From Eledone cirrhosa (lineage: Eukaryota), in assembly GCA_964016885.1 (NCBI GenBank), contig OZ024740.1:389608001-389672000 (forward strand): a DNA stretch of 64,000 nucleotides, written 5' to 3'. Of the stretch, positions 51,001 to 64,000 are shown piece after piece. A model generated the notes under the pieces. It was not told where the DNA came from. It ran no database searches and saw only the letters and a program-made list of their open reading frames with translations. Within the stretch, counting starts at the first letter, position 1. Every line of letters starts with the position of its first letter. Both the position numbers and the translations under genes were made by a program.

Positions 51001-54000
51001 TTATTCATGTTCTGTCGCAGTTAGAACCTCTTGTCGGAGTTAGAACCTCTATACATTCATGTTCTTTCGGAGTTAGAACCTCTATTTATTCATGTTCTGT
51101 CGGAGTTAGAACCTCTGTTTATTCATGTTCTGTCGGAGTTAGAACCTCTGTTTATTCATGTTCTGTCGGAGTTAGAACCTCTGTTTATTCATGTTCTTTC
51201 GGAGTTAGAACCTCTATTTATTCATGTTCTGTCGGAGTCAGAAGCTCTATTTATTCATGTTCTGTCGGAGTTAGAACCTCTTGTCGGAGTTAGAACCTCT
51301 ATTTATTCATGTTCTGTCAGAGTTAAAACCTCTATTTATTCATGTTCTGTCGGAGTTAGAACCTCTATTTATTCATGTTCTTTCGGAGTTAGAACCTCTA
51401 TTTATTCATGTTCTGTCGGAGTTAGAACCTCTGTTTATTCATGTTCTGTCGCAGTTAGAACCTCTATTTATTCATGTTCTGTGGTAGTTATAACCTCTAT
51501 TTATTCATGTTCTGTCGGAGTCAGAACCTCTATTTATTCATGTTCTGTCGCAGTTATAACCACTTGTCGGAGTCAGTACCTCTATTTATTCATGTTCTTT
51601 CGGAGTTAGAACCTCTGTTTATTCATGTTCTTTCGGAGTTAGAACCTCTGTTTATTCATGTTCTTTCGGAGTTAGAACCTCTGTTTATTCATGTTCTGCC
51701 GCAGTTAGAACCTCTTGTCGGAGTTAGAACCTCCGTTTATTCATGTTTCTCGGAGTTAGAACCTCTGTTTATTCATGTTCTTTCGGAGTTAGAACCTCTG
51801 TTTATTCATGTTCTGCCGCAGTTAGAACCTCTTGTCGGAGTTAGAACCTCCGTTTATTCATGTTTCTCGGAGTTAGAACCTCTGTTTATTCATGTTCTTT
51901 CGGAGTTAGAACCTCTATTTATTCATGTTCTGTCGCAGTTAGAACCTCTTGTCGGAGTTAGAACCTCTATACATTCATGTTCTTTCGGAGTTAGAACCTC
52001 TATTTATTCATGTTCTGTCGGAGTTAGAACCTCTGTTTATTCATGTTCTGTCCGAGTTAGAACCTCTGTTTATTCATGTTCTGTCGGAGTTAGAACCTCT
52101 GTTTATTCATGTTCTTTCGGAGTTAGAACCTCTATTTATTCATGTTCTGTCGGAGTTAGAACCTCTGTTTATTCATGTTCTGTCGGAGTCAGAACCTCTA
52201 TTTATTCATGTTCTGTCGGAGTTAGAAACTCTGTTTATTCATGTTCTGTCGGAGTCAGAACCTCTATTTATTCATGTTCTGTCGGAGTTAGAAACTCTGT
52301 TTATTCATGTTCTGTCGGAGTCAGAACCTCTGTTTATTCATGTTCTGTCGCAGTTAGAACCTCTATTTATTCATGTTCTGTGGGAGTTAGAACCTCGATT
52401 TATTCATGTTCTGTTGGAGTTAGAACCTCTGTTTATTCATGTTCTGTCGGAGTCAGAAGCTCTATTTATTCATGTTCTGTCGGAGTTAGAACCTCTGTTT
52501 ATTCATGTTCTGTCGGAGTCAGAAGCTCTATTTATTCATGTTCTGTCGGAGTTAGAACCTCTGTTTATTCATGTTCTGTCGGAGTCAGAACCTCTATTTA
52601 TTCATGTTCTGTCGGAGTTAGAACCGCTGTTTATTCATGTTCTGTCGGAATCAGAAGCCCTATTTATTCATGTTCTGTCGGAGTTAGAACCTCTATTTAT
52701 TCATGTTCTGTCGGAGTTAGAACCTCTGTTTATTCATGTTCTGTCGGAGTCAGAAGCTCTATTTATTCATGTTCTGTCGGAGTTAGAACCTCTGTTTATT
52801 CATGTTCTGTCGGAGTCAGAACCTCTATTTATTCATGTTCTGTCGGAGTTAGAACCGCTGTTTATTCATGTTCTGTCGGAATCAGAAGCCCTATTTATTC
52901 ATGTTCTGTCGGAGTTAGAACCTCTATTTATTCATGTTCTGTCGGAGTTAGAACCTCTGTTTATTCATGTTCTGTCGGAGTCAGAACCTCTATTTATTCA
53001 TGTTCTGTCGGAGTTAGAACCGCTGTTTATTCATGTTCTGTCGGAATCAGAAGCCCTATTTATTCATGTTCTGTCGGAGTTAGAACCTCTATTTATTCAT
53101 GTTCTGTCGGAGTTAGAACCTCTGTTTATTCATGTTCTGTCGGAGTCAGAACCTCTATCTATTCATGTTCTGTCGCAGTTAGAACCTCTTGTCGGAGTCA
53201 GAACCTCTATTTATTCATGTTCTGTCGGAGTTAGAACCTCTATTTATGCATGTTCTGTCAGAGTTAGAACCTCTATTTATTCATGTTCTGTCGGCGTTAG
53301 AACCTCTATTTATTCATGTTCTGTCGGAGTTAGAACCTCTATTTATTCATGTTCTGTCGGAGTTAGAACCTCTGTTTATTCATGTTCTGTCGGAGTCAGA
53401 ACCTCTATTTATTCATGTTCTGTCGCAGTTAGAACCTCTTGTCGGAGTCAGAACCTCTATTTATTCATGTTCTGTCGGTGTTAGAACCTCTATTTATGCA
53501 TGTTCTGTCGGAGTTAGAACCTCTATTTATTCATGTTCTGTCGGAGTTAGAACCTCTATTTATTCATGTTCTGTCGGAGTTAGAACCTCTATTTATTCAT
53601 GTTCTGTCGGAGTTAGAACCTCTGTTTATTCATGTTCTGTCGCAGTTAGAACCTCTATTTATTCATGTTCTGTGGTAGTTATAACCTCTATTTATTCATG
53701 TTCTGTCGGAGTTATAACCACTTGTCGGAGTCAGTACCTCTATTTATTCATGTTCTTTCGGAGTTAGAACCTCTGTTTATTCATGTTCTTTCGGAGTTAG
53801 AACCTCTGTTTATTCATGTTCTTTCGGAGTTAGAACCTCTGTTTATTCATGTTCTGCCGCAGTTAGAACCTCTTGTCGGAGTTAGAACCTCCGTTTATTC
53901 ATGTTTCTCGGAGTTAGAACCTCTGTTTATTCATGTTCTTTCGGAGTTAGAACCTCTATTTATTCATGTTCTGTCGCAGTTAGAACCTCTTGTCGGAGTT

Positions 54001-57000
54001 AGAACCTCTATACATTCATGTTCTTTCGGAGTTAGAACCTCTATTTATTCATGTTCTGTCGGAGTTAGAACCTCTGTTTATTCATGTTCTGTCGGAGTTA
54101 GAACCTCTGTTTATTCATGTTCTGTCGGAGTTAGAACCTCTGTTTATTCATGTTCTTTCGGAGTTAGAACCTCTATTTATTCATGTTCTGTCGGAGTCAG
54201 AAGCTCTATTTATTCATGTTCTGTCGGAGTTAGAACCTCTTGTCGGAGTTAGAACCTCTATTTATTCATGTTCTGTCAGAGTTAAAACCTCTATTTATTC
54301 ATGTTCTGTCGGAGTTAGAACCTCTATTTATTCATGTTCTTTCGGAGTTAGAACCTCTATTTATTCATGTTCTGTCGGAGTTAGAACCTCTGTTTATTCA
54401 TGTTCTGTCGCAGTTAGAACCTCTATTTATTCATGTTCTGTGGTAGTTATAACCTCTATTTATTCATGTTCTGTCGGAGTCAGAACCTCTATTTATTCAT
54501 GTTCTTTCGCAGTTATAACCACTTGTCGGAGTCAGTACCTCTATTTATTCATGTTCTTTCGGAGTTAGAACCTCTGTTTATTCATGTTCTTTCGGAGTTA
54601 GAACCTCTGTTTATTCATGTTCTTTCGGAGTTAGAACCTCTGTTTATTCATGTTCTGCCGCAGTTAGAACCTCTTGTCGGAGTTAGAACCTCCGTTTATT
54701 CATGTTTCTCGGAGTTAGAACCTCTGTTTATTCATGTTCTTTCGGAGTTAGAACCTCTGTTTATTCATGTTCTGCCGCAGTTAGAACCTCTTGTCGGAGT
54801 TAGAACCTCCGTTTATTCATGTTTCTCGGAGTTAGAACCTCTGTTTATTCATGTTCTTTCGGAGTTAGAACCTCTATTTATTCATGTTCTGTCGCAGTTA
54901 GAACCTCTTGTCGGAGTTAGAACCTCTATACATTCATGTTCTTTCGGAGTTAGAACCTGTATTTATTCATGTTCTGTCGGAGTTAGAACCTCTGTTTATT
55001 CATGTTCTGTCCGAGTTAGAACCTCTGTTTATTCATGTTCTGTCGGAGTTAGAACCTCTGTTTATTCATGTTCTTTCGGAGTTAGAACCTCTATTTATTC
55101 ATGTTCTGTCGGAGTTAGAACCTCTGTTTATTCATGTTCTGTCGGAGTCAGAACCTCTATTTATTCATGTTCTGTCGGAGTTAGAAACTCTGTTTATTCA
55201 TGTTCTGTCGGAGTCAGAACCTCTATTTATTCATGTTCTGTCGGAGTTAGAAACTCTGTTTATTCATGTTCTGTCGGAGTCAGAACCTCTGTTTATTCAT
55301 GTTCTGTCGCAGTTAGAACCTCTATTTATTCATGTTCTGTGGGAGTTAGAACCTCGATTTATTCATGTTCTGTCGGAGTTAGAACCTCTGTTTATTCATG
55401 TTCTGTCGGAGTCAGAAGCTCTATTTATTCATGTTCTGTCGGAGTTAGAACCTCTGTTTATTCATGTTCTGTCGGAGTCAGAAGCTCTATTTATTCATGT
55501 TCTGTCGGAGTTAGAACCTCTGTTTATTCATGTTCTGTCGGAGTCAGAACCTCTATTTATTCATGTTCTGTCGGAGTTAGAACCGCTGTTTATTCATGTT
55601 CTGTCGGAATCAGAAGCCCTATTTATTCATGTTCTGTCGGAGTTAGAACCTCTATTTATTCATGTTCTGTCGGAGTTAGAACCTCTGTTTATTCATGTTC
55701 TGTCGGAGTCAGAACCTCTATTTATTCATGTTCTGTCGGAGTTAGAACTGCTGTTTATTCATGTTCTGTCGGAATCAGAAGCCCTATTTATTCATGTTCT
55801 GTCGGAGTTAGAACCTCTATTTATTCATGTTCTGTCGGAGTTAGAACCTCTGTTTATTCATGTTCTGTCGCAGTTAGAACCTCTATTTATTCATGTTCTG
55901 TGGGAGTTAGAACCTCTGTTTATTCATGTTCTGTCGGAGTTAGAACCTCTGTTTATTCATGTTCTGTCGGAGTCAGAACCTCTATTTATTCATGTTCTGT
56001 CGCAGTTAGAACCTCTTGTCGGAGTCAGAACCTCTATTTATTCATGTTCTGTCGGAGTTAGAACCTCTATTTATGCATGTTCTGTCAGAGTTAGAACCTC
56101 TATTTATTCATGTTCTGTCGGCGTTAGAACCTCTATTTATTCATGTTCTGTCGGAGTTAGAACCTCTATTTATTCATGTTCTGTCGGAGTTAGAACCTCT
56201 GTTTATTCATGTTCTGTCGGAGTCAGAACCTCTATTTATTCATGTTCTGTCGCAGTTAGAACCTCTTGTCGGAGTCAGAACCTCTATTTATTCATGTTCT
56301 GTCGGTGTTAGAACCTCTATTTATGCATGTTCTGTCGGAGTTAGAACCTCTATTTATTCATGTTCTGTCGGAGTTAGAACCTCTATTTATTCATGTTCTG
56401 TCGGAGTTAGAACCTCTATTTATTCATGTTCTGTCGGAGTTAGAACCTCTGTTTATTCATGTTCTGTCGCAGTTAGAACCTCTATTTATTCATGTTCTGT
56501 GGTAGTTATAACCTCTATTTATTCATGTTCTGTCGGAGTTATAACCACTTGTCGGAGTCAGTACCTCTATTTATTCATGTTCTTTCGGAGTTAGAACCTC
56601 TGTTTATTCATGTTCTTTCGGAGTTAGAACCTCTATTTATTCATGTTCTGTCGGAGTCAGAAGCTCTATTTATTCATGTTCTGTCGGAGTTAGAACCTCT
56701 TGTCGGAGTTAGAACCTCTATTTATTCATGTTCTGTCAGAGTTAAAACCTCTATTTATTCATGTTCTGTCGGAGTTAGAACCTCTATTTATTCATGTTCT
56801 TTCGGCGTTAGAACCTCTATTTATTCATGTTCTGTCGTAGTTAGAACCTCTGTTTATTCATGTTCTGTCGCAGTTAGAACCTCTATTTATTCATGTTCTG
56901 TGGTAGTTATAACCTCTATTTATTCATGTTCTGTCGGAGTCAGAACCTCTATTTATTCATGTTCTGTCGCAGTTATAACCACTTGTCGGAGTCAGTACCT

Positions 57001-60000
57001 CTATTTATTCATGTTCTTTCGGAGTTAGAACCTCTGTTTATTCATGTTCTTTCGGAGTTAGAACCTCTGTTTATTCATGTTCTGTCGGAGTTAGAACCTC
57101 TATTTATTCATGTTCTGTCGGAGTTAGAACCTCTATTTATTCATGTTCTGTCGGAGTTAGAACCTCTGTTTATTCATGTTCTGTCGCAGTTAGAACCTCT
57201 ATTTATTCATGTTCTGTGGTAGTTATAACCTCTATTTATTCATGTTCTGTCGGAGTTATAACCACTTGTCGGAGTCAGTACCTCTATTTATTCATGTTCT
57301 TTCGGAGTTAGAACCTCTGTTTATTCATGTTCTTTCGGAGTTAGAACCTCTGTTTATTCATGTTCTTTCGGAGTTAGAACCTCTGTTTATTCATGTTCTG
57401 CCGCAGTTAGAACCTCTTGTCGGAGTTAGAACCTCCGTTTATTCATGTTTCTCGGAGTTAGAACCTCTGTTTATTCATGTTCTTTCGGAGTTAGAACCTC
57501 TATTTATTCATGTTCTGTCGCAGTTAGAACCTCTTGTCGGAGTTAGAACCTCTATACATTCATGTTCTTTCGGAGTTAGAACCTCTATTTATTCATGTTC
57601 TGTCGGAGTTAGAACCTCTGTTTATTCATGTTCTGTCGGAGTTAGAACCTCTGTTTATTCATGTTCTGTCGGAGTTAGAACCTCTGTTTATTCATGTTCT
57701 TTCGGAGTTAGAACCTCTATTTATTCATGTTCTGTCGGAGTCAGAAGCTCTATTTATTCATGTTCTGTCGGAGTTAGAACCTCTTGTCGGAGTTAGAACC
57801 TCTATTTATTCATGTTCTGTCAGAGTTAAAACCTCTATTTATTCATGTTCTGTCGGAGTTAGAACCTCTATTTATTCATGTTCTTTCGGAGTTAGAACCT
57901 CTATTTATTCATGTTCTGTCGGAGTTAGAACCTCTGTTTATTCATGTTCTGTCGCAGTTAGAACCTCTATTTATTCATGTTCTGTGGTAGTTATAACCTC
58001 TATTTATTCATGTTCTGTCGGAGTCAGAACCTCTATTTATTCATGTTCTGTCGCAGTTATAACCACTTGTCGGAGTCAGTACCTCTATTTATTCATGTTC
58101 TTTCGGAGTTAGAACCTCTGTTTATTCATGTTCTTTCGGAGTTAGAACCTCTGTTTATTCATGTTCTTTCGGAGTTAGAACCTCTGTTTATTCATGTTCT
58201 GCCGCAGTTAGAACCTCTTGTCGGAGTTAGAACCTCCGTTTATTCATGTTTCTCGGAGTTAGAACCTCTGTTTATTCATGTTCTTTCGGAGTTAGAACCT
58301 CTGTTTATTCATGTTCTGCCGCAGTTAGAACCTCTTGTCGGAGTTAGAACCTCCGTTTATTCATGTTTCTCGGAGTTAGAACCTCTGTTTATTCATGTTC
58401 TTTCGGAGTTAGAACCTCTATTTATTCATGTTCTGTCGCAGTTAGAACCTCTTGTCGGAGTTAGAACCTCTATACATTCATGTTCTTTCGGAGTTAGAAC
58501 CTCTATTTATTCATGTTCTGTCGGAGTTAGAACCTCTGTTTATTCATGTTCTGTCGGAGTTAGAACCTCTGTTTATTCATGTTCTGTCGGCGTTAGAACC
58601 TCTGTTTATTCATGTTCTGTCGGAGTTAGAACCTCTGTTTATTCATGTTCTGTCGGAGTTAGAACCTCTGTTTATTCATGTTCTTTCGGAGTTAGAACCT
58701 CTATTTATTCATGTTCTGTCGCAGTTAGAACCTCTTGTCGGAGTTAGAACCTCTATACATTCATGTTCTTTCGGAGTTAGAACCTCTATTTATTCATGTT
58801 CTGTCGGAGTTAGAACCTCTGTTTATTCATGTTCTGTCGGAGTTAGAACCTCTGTTTATTCATGTTCTGTCGGAGTTAGAACCTCTGTTTATTCATGTTC
58901 TTTCGGAGTTAGAACCTCTATTTATTCATGTTCTGTCGGAGTCAGAAGCTCTATTTATTCATGTTCTGTCGGAGTTAGAACCTCTTGTCGGAGTTAGAAC
59001 CTCTATTTATTCATGTTCTGTCAGAGTTAAAACCTCTATTTATTCATGTTCTGTCGGAGTTAGAACCTCTATTTATTCATGTTCTTTCGGCGTTAGAACC
59101 TCTATTTATTCATGTTCTGTCGGAGTTAGAACCTCTGTTTATTCATGTTCTGTCGCAGTTAGAACCTCTATTTATTCATGTTCTGTGGTAGTTATAACCT
59201 CTATTTATTCATGTTCTGTCGGAGTCAGAACCTCTATTTATTCATGTTCTGTCGCAGTTATAACCACTTGTCGGAGTCAGTACCTCTATTTATTCATGTT
59301 CTTTCGGAGTTAGAACCTCTGTTTATTCATGTTCTTTCGGAGTTAGAACCTCTGTTTATTCATGTTCTTTCGGAGTTAGAACCTCTGTTTATTCATGTTC
59401 TGCCGCAGTTAGAACCTCTTGTCGGAGTTAGAACCTCCGTTTATTCATGTTTCTCGGAGTTAGAACCTCTGTTTATTCATGTTCTTTCGGAGTTAGAACC
59501 TCTATTTATTCATGTTCTGTCGCAGTTAGAACCTCTTGTCGGAGTTAGAACCTCTATACATTCATGTTCTTTCGGAGTTAGAACCTCTATTTATTCATGT
59601 TCTGTCGGAGTTAGAACCTCTGTTTATTCATGTTCTGTCGGAGTTAGAACCTCTGTTTATTCATGTTCTGTCGGAGTTAGAACCTCTGTTTATTCATGTT
59701 CTTTCGGAGTTAGAACCTCTATTTATTCATGTTCTGTCGGAGTCAGAAGCTCTATTTATTCATGTTCTGTCGGAGTTAGAACCTCTTGTCGGAGTTAGAA
59801 CCTCTATTTATTCATGTTCTGTCAGAGTTAAAACCTCTATTTATTCATGTTCTGTCGGAGTTAGAACCTCTATTTATTCATGTTCTTTCGGAGTTAGAAC
59901 CTCTATTTATTCATGTTCTGTCGGAGTTAGAACCTCTGTTTATTCATGTTCTGTCGAAGTTGGAACCTCTGTTTATTCATGTTCTGTCGGAGTCAGAACC

Positions 60001-63000
60001 TTATTTTTTCATGTTCTGTCGCAGTTAGAATCTCTTGTCGGAGTTAGAACCTCTATTTATTCATGTTCTGTCGGAGTTAGAACCTCTGTTTATTCATGTT
60101 CTGTCGGAGTCAGAACCTCTATTTATTCATGTTCTGTCGGAGTTAGAAACTCTGTTTATTCATGTTCTGTCGGAGTCAGAACCTCTATTTATTCATGTTC
60201 TGTCGGAATTAGAACCGCTGTTTATTTATGTTCTGTTGGAGTCAGAAGCTCTATTTATTCATGTTCTGTCGGAGTTAGAACCTCTGTTTATTCATGTTCT
60301 GTCGGAGTCAGAACCTCTATTTATTCATGTTCTGTCGGAGTTAGAACCTCTGTTTATTCATGTTCTGTCGGAGTTAGAACCTCTTGTCGGAGTTAGAACC
60401 TCTATTTATTCATGTTCTGTCAGAGTTAAAACCTCTATTTATTCATGTTCTGTCGGAGTTAGAACCTCTATTTATTCATGTTCTTTCGGCGTTAGAACCT
60501 CTATTTATTCATGTTCTGTCGGAGTTAGAACCTCTGTTTATTCATGTTCTGTCGCAGTTAGAACCTCTATTTATTCATGTTCTGTGGTAGTTATAACCTC
60601 TATTTATTCATGTTCTGTCGGAGTCAGAACCTCTATTTATTCATGTTCTGTCGCAGTTATAACCACTTGTCGGAGTCAGTACCTCTATTTATTCATGTTC
60701 TTTCGGAGTTAGAACCTCTGTTTATTCATGTTCTTTCGGAGTTAGAACCTCTGTTTATTCATGTTCTTTCGGAGTTAGAACCTCTGTTTATTCATGTTCT
60801 GCCTCAGTTAGAACCTCTTGTCGGAGTTAGAACCTCCGTTTATTCATGTTTCTCGGAGTTAGAACCTCTGTTTATTCATGTTCTTTCGGAGTTAGAACCT
60901 CTATTTATTCATGTTCTGTCGCAGTTAGAACCTCTTGTCGGAGTTAGAACCTCTATACATTCATGTTCTTTCGGAGTTAGAACCTCTATTTATTCATGTT
61001 CTGTCGGAGTTAGAACCTCTGTTTATTCATGTTCTGTCGAAGTTAGAACCTCTGTTTATTCATGTTCTGTCGGAGTCAGAACCTTATTTTTTCATGTTCT
61101 GTCGCAGTTAGAATCTCTTGTCGGAGTTAGAACCTCTATTTATTCATGTTCTGTCGGAGTTAGAACCTCTGTTTATTCATGTTCTGTCGGAGTCAGAACC
61201 TCTATTTATTCATGTTCTGTCGGAGTTAGAAACTCTGTTTATTCATGTTCTGTCGGAGTCAGAACCTCTATTTATTCATGTTCTGTCGGAATTAGAACCG
61301 CTGTTTATTTATGTTCTGTTGGAGTCAGAAGCTCTATTTATTCATGTTCTGTCGGAGTTAGAACCTCTGTTTATTCATGTTCTGTCGGAGTCAGAACCTC
61401 TATTTATTCATGTTCTGTCGGAGTTAGAACCGCTGTTTATTCATGTTCTGTCGGAATCAGAACCTCTATTTATTCATGTTCTGTCGGAGTTAGAACCTCT
61501 ATTTATTCATGTTCTGTCGGAGTTAGAACCTCTGTTTATTCATGTTCTGTCGGAGTCAGAAGCTCTATTTATTCATGTTCTGTCGCAGTTAGAACCTCTT
61601 GTCGGAGTCAGTACCTCTATTTATTCATGTTCTGTCCGAGTTAGAACCTCTATTTATTCATGTTCTGTCGGAGTTAGAACCTCTGTTTATTCATGTTCTG
61701 TCGGAGTCAGAAGCTCTATTTATTCATGTTCTGTCGCAGTTAGAACCTCTTGTCGGAGTCAGTACCTCTATTTATTCATGTTCTGTCGGAGTCAGAACCT
61801 CTATTTATTCATGTTCTGTCAGAGTTAGAACCTCTATTTATTCATGTTCTGTCGGAGTTAGAACCTCTATTTATTCATGTTCTGTCGGAGTTAGAACCTC
61901 TGTTTATTCATGTTCTGTCGGAGTTAGAACCTCTATTTATTCATGTTCTGTGGGAGTTAGAACCTCTATTTATTCATGTTCTGTCGGAGTTAGAACCTCT
62001 GTTTATTCATGTTCTGTCGGAGTCAGAACCTCTATTTATTCATGTTCTTTCGGAGTTAGAACCTCTGTTTATTAATGTTCTTTCGGAGTTAGAACCTCTG
62101 TTTATTCATGTTCTTTCGGAGTTAGAACCTCTATTTATTCATGTTCTGCCGCAGTTAGAACCACTTGTCGGAGTTAGAACCTCTATTTATTAATGTTCTG
62201 TCGGAGTTAGAACCTCTGTTTATTCATGTTCTTTCGGAGTCAGAACCTCTGTATATTCATGTTTCTCGGAGTTAGAACCTCTGTTTATTCATGTTCTTTC
62301 GGAGTTAGAACCTCTATTTATTCATGTTCTGTCAGAGTTAGAACTTCTATTTATTCTTGTTCTGTCGGAGTTAGAACCTCTATTTATTCATGTTCTGTCT
62401 GACTTAGAACCTCTGTTTATTCATGTTCTTTCGGAGTTAGAACCTCTCTTTGTTTATGTTCTGTCGCAGTTAGAACCACTATTTATTCATGTTCTGTCGG
62501 AGTTAGAACCTCTATTTATTCATGTTCTGTCGGAGTTAGAACATCTATTTATTCATGTTCTGTCGCAGTTAGAACCTCTGTTTATTCATGTTCTGTCGGA
62601 GTTAGAACCTCTTGTCGGAGTCAGAACCTCTATTTATTCATGTTCTTTCGGAGTTAGAACCTCTATTTATTCATGTTCTGTGGGAGTTATAACCTCTATT
62701 TTTTCATGTTCTGTCGGAGTTAGAACCTCTGTTTATTCATGTTCTGTCGGAGTCAGAACCTCTTGTCGGAGTTAGAACCTCTATTTATTCATGTTCTGTC
62801 AGAGTTAAAACCTCTATTTATTCATGTTCTGTCGGAGTTAGAACCTCTATTTATTCATGTTCTTTCGGAGTTAGAACCTCTATTTATTCATGTTCTGTCG
62901 GAGTTAGAACCTCTGTTTATTCATGTTCTGTCGCAGTTAGAACCTCTATTTATTCATGTTCTGTGGTAGTTATAACCTCTATTTATTCATGTTCTGTCGG

Positions 63001-64000
63001 AGTCAGAACCTCTATTTATTCATGTTCTGTCGCAGTTATAACCACTTGTCGGAGTCAGTACCTCTATTTATTCATGTTCTTTCGGAGTTAGAACCTCTGT
63101 TTATTCATGTTCTTTCGGAGTTAGAACCTCTGTTTATTCATGTTCTTTCGGAGTTAGAACCTCTGTTTATTCATGTTCTGCCGCAGTTAGAACCTCTTGT
63201 CGGAGTTAGAACCTCCGTTTATTCATGTTTCTCGGAGTTAGAACCTCTGTTTATTCATGTTCTTTCGGAGTTAGAACCTCTGTTTATTCATGTTCTGCCG
63301 TAGTTAGAACCTCTTGTCGGAGTTAGAACCTCCGTTTATTCATGTTTCTCGGAGTTAGAACCTCTGTTTATTCATGTTCTGTCGCAGTTAGAACCTCTTG
63401 TCGGAGTTAGAACCTCTATACATTCATGTTCTTTCGGAGTTAGAACCTCTATTTATTCATGTTCTGTCGGAGTTAGAACCTCTGTTTATTCATGTTCTGT
63501 CGGAGTTAGAACCTCTGTTTATTCATGTTCTGTCGGAGTTAGAACCTCTGTTTATTCATGTTCTGTCGGAGTTAGAACCTCTGTTTATTCATGTTCTGTC
63601 GGAGTCAGAACCTCTATTTATTCATGTTCTGTCGGAGTTAGAAACTCTGTTTATTCATGTTCTGTCGGAGTCAGAACCTCTATTTATTCATGTTCTGTCG
63701 GAGTTAGAACCGCTGTTTATTCATGTTCTGTCGGAATCAGAACCTCTATTTATTCATGTTCTGTCGGAGTTAGAACCTCTATTTATTCATGTTCTGTCGG
63801 AGTTAGAACCTCTATTTATTCATGTTCTGTCGGAGTCAGAACCTCTATTTATTCATGTTCTGTCGGAGTTAGAAACTCTGTTTATTCATGTTCTGTCGGA
63901 GTCAGAACCTCTGTTTATTCATGTTCTGTCGCAGTTAGAACCTCTATTTATTCATGTTCTGTGGGAGTTAGAACCTCGATTTATTCATGTTCTGTCGGAG
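24049..64000. repeat. Satellite DNA array with a 33-bp monomer and higher-order repeats, ~40 kb, extending past the window end
   Basis: Head-to-tail GGAGTTAGAACCTCT(A/G)TTTATTCATGTTCTGTC, roughly 1,200+ units by length, one orientation, no insertions seen. Recurrent 19-bp (GTTAGAACCTCTTGTCGGA) and 32-bp (GTTAGAACCTCCGTTTATTCATGTTTCTCGGA) variants. Confidence 0.99.

Noticed and set aside
24273-63303. Long ORFs (up to 940 aa) of ELEPLFIHVLS / VRTSIYSCSVG repeats as protein-coding genes
   Set aside because: They follow automatically from a 33-bp unit lacking stops in two frames. The 19-bp variants repeatedly shift the frame into stops, many ORF starts are TTG at those variants, and there are no unique N- or C-terminal domains.
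24049-64000. CRISPR array (33-bp partly palindromic repeat)
   Set aside because: Repeats are head-to-tail with no unique spacers, no cas genes are present, and the context is eukaryotic.

Overview
AT-rich eukaryotic (animal) genomic DNA. The SINE and RTE-tail repeats resemble those I associate with octopus/coleoid cephalopod genomes; this is an inference, not a database result. Bases 1-24,048 are a repeat-dense euchromatic segment. It holds the last two coding exons of an AAAP/Aa_trans-family amino-acid transporter gene (+ strand) and relics of Penelope, RTE, L1/Tx1 and hAT elements. It also holds several MITEs (Tc1/mariner-, hAT-, piggyBac- and Merlin-type), seven copies of a tRNA-derived SINE, degenerate minimal hammerhead-ribozyme motifs, and a ~650-bp inverted duplication of a CCAAT/E2F-type promoter plus first-exon module. 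From 24,049 to the end of the window (~40 kb, continuing past it) runs a single-orientation tandem array of a 33-bp monomer (GGAGTTAGAACCTCTRTTTATTCATGTTCTGTC). It contains 19- and 32-bp variant monomers and nested higher-order repeats (250, 768 and 910 bp; 2.27, 6.7 and 11.7 kb). The long ORFs in the array and in the microsatellites are repeat artefacts. There is no CRISPR array, rRNA or true tRNA gene.
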